DNA of 64,000 bases from Schmidtea polychroa (taxonomy: Eukaryota). Every line of letters begins with the position of its first letter. The stretch's first letter is position 1. The position numbers and the translations under genes are program-made. Of this stretch, positions 61,931-64,000 are shown piece after piece. Where the stretch lies: the NCBI GenBank assembly GCA_044892525.1, contig CM097885.1, positions 42,162,001 to 42,226,000 of the forward strand, in the 5' to 3' direction. Under the pieces are notes generated by a model, which saw nothing but the letters and a program-made list of their open reading frames with translations, was not told the DNA's origin and did not search any database.

Positions 61931-64000
61931 AAGGGGTGTCCAACCTTTTTGCGTTGGGGGTATATTTCAAAAATTTAAAAGGTCCGGGGCCGCATATAAA
62001 TTAGAGTAGTTGACCGCATCAGAAAATAAGATCGCAATTTAGTATGACTATTACTATTATACTTAATAAATAAACCGCAACACATTAGTATTTTTTAGCA
62101 TAATTAAAATAATAAATAATAAAAATTTAATCATGTGTTCTGGAAAATAATTCGATAGATATTATGGCCAATCTTTTACTTTTGGATTTTTATTTCAATA
62201 ACATGAAGACAGGAACTTATAAAATTTACAAAATTACATGACAAGAACTCACGTAATATTAATGTATTCAGATTAATTAAATTCCACGGGTATTCATTGT
62301 CTTCTGCACTGCAGGCATTAATGAGATATTTGGCATTGTTTCTGTTTGCATAAAAAGTCTACATCTGCTGCAACAGTGGATGTGGCAATTCTAATTATTC
62401 CGGATAAATGTTCATCTATGAGAACTGATCGAGTCTTTGTTTTCACATTTTCATTCTGGAAAAAAGCTGTTCATAGCAATATGTGCTGCCAAAAAGTGAA
62501 ATATACCTGCGTGCATGTTTCGCTAGGTTAGGAAAAGATTCTGATGAAACATACTGCTTGTAACAGGTAACAAGGTCATGCCGATCACAAGCAGTTTTTA
62601 AATTGCTGTCATTGTGAATGTCGATTAGTTCGAGTTGAAATTCATGAGGGGCATCAGAGGGATCTATAATAAATGGATTACTAATCATGTTCATGTCATC
62701 CTCATATTGTTGGAAATCCTGAAACCTTTCTTCGAATTCATCAACAAGTTTGCTAACAAGTGTGAAGTACTTCAAATGAGCCAGCGTTTCAGGCTAGTTG
62801 TTGCTAGTGTTGTGAAATGTAACAGGTTCTTCTGATCTAAGCGTTTCCGTAAAAGTTTCAGTTTTTGCACAAACGCGACAACACACTCATATATTTTAGG
62901 GACCAGTTGATCCTTACCTTGGAGTTTGACATTAGGATTTGCAAGATGTTTGGTCATGTCCACCAAAATTTCATTCAACCACTGCTGTTCATCAAGGAAG
63001 CCAACATCTTTTCCATTTTCTGTCATAAATGTTTTTATTTTGTCCTGAAGTGACCAAAACCTGGCTAAGGTGTTTGCCCTACTTAGCCAACGGACTTGGC
63101 AGAAATAAATAACATCACAATGATCTGATCCCAACTCTTCAAGGAAACCCTGAAATTGAACATGTTGCATGCTCAAGACCTTTTCACATGGCTGTTCTTG
63201 GTAGATGATGTAGTGATGACTGACAAATTCGTGAGGCACTAATTTTACCATTAAAGATACAAACCCATTGTGTCTACCTGTCATTGAAAGGGCTCCATCT
63301 GTGGTTAAACCAATTAATTAAGTCTTAGGAAGATTACATTTTGCGAGGTCATGATCCAAAATATCCCTTCCCGTTGTAGTGCCTTTCATTGAACATATAT
63401 CCAACAGTTCTTTGATAATGACAAACTTTCCTGTTACTCTGCGTACAAACACTGACAGTTGAGCCCTATCGCTATTGTCCTTATTAAGCAAGTCTTTTAA
63501 TGAGACTTTCTTCTATGTTGGATGAGAGCTCGTCAACTCTTCTCGCTTCTGATTCTCTTCTGACTTCTTTTCTTGACAGACCACACCAGTCAACAACCTG
63601 AAGCCTTAACAAATTCACCATCAGAAATTGCTTTCCCCCGCTTAGCTATAGCTTCAGCTATTAAAAAACTTACTTTGGTTGAAGCCTCAGACTTGTTGCT
63701 GACTGCTGTAAACAATGACTGCTGTCCGAAGACGCTCTGTTTCAATGAGTTCACGCGATCAATTCGAAGTTGACCAGTCAGGCTGTTGTACCTATCGCCA
63801 TGCTTTGTTAAAAAATGTCGCTTAACATTGTACTCCTTTGCAGCGGCAATTGTTTCTTGGCATATTAGGCACATCCTACCAAAGCGTTTCATTACAAAAT
63901 AGTCTACAGTCCAAGATGCTGTGAAAAGTCTTCGTTCTGTGTCAATTTTTCGTTTTTTGCTAGTATTCATATTCGCCGCCATTTTTCTCTGTGAAATAAA
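61931..64000 (-). mobile_element. hAT (GTF2IRD2/EPM2AIP1, SPIN/Charlie-like) transposon with disrupted transposase (~62290-63982); runs off the window
   Basis: End AGGGGTGTCCAACC. Motifs KKRKIDTERRLF..W, CLIC..KEYNVKRH, VRWLSR, FGSTYCYEQLFS. Confidence 0.9.

Overview
AT-rich eukaryotic (probably invertebrate animal) genomic DNA made up mostly of transposons. It has two clear host genes: a 4-exon DDX23/Prp28 helicase and an intronless PSMC6/Rpt4 proteasome ATPase. The mobile DNA includes Ty3/Gypsy and BEL/Pao LTR elements, isolated LTRs, several hAT elements and MITEs, a DD34E Tc1/IS630 element, a MULE and a piggyBac. The main observation is an unusual virus-like Gypsy architecture seen in two partial, apparently complementary pieces. 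At 31.4-35.9 kb, gag with 4 zinc knuckles is followed by a reading frame with two ubiquitin-like domains, a Bcl-2-like domain, a signal peptide and the N-half of a chuvirus-like glycoprotein. At 1-5.3 kb, the C-terminus of the same glycoprotein type is in frame with protease-RT-RNase H-integrase, which runs on into a second type I membrane protein with FN3-like repeats and a PPxY tail. Small accessory ORFs, a candidate antisense promoter and a 69-nt hairpin lie downstream. Separately, a BEL/Pao element encodes a ubiquitin-Gag fusion. All family assignments come from motif recognition by eye; no database searches were run.
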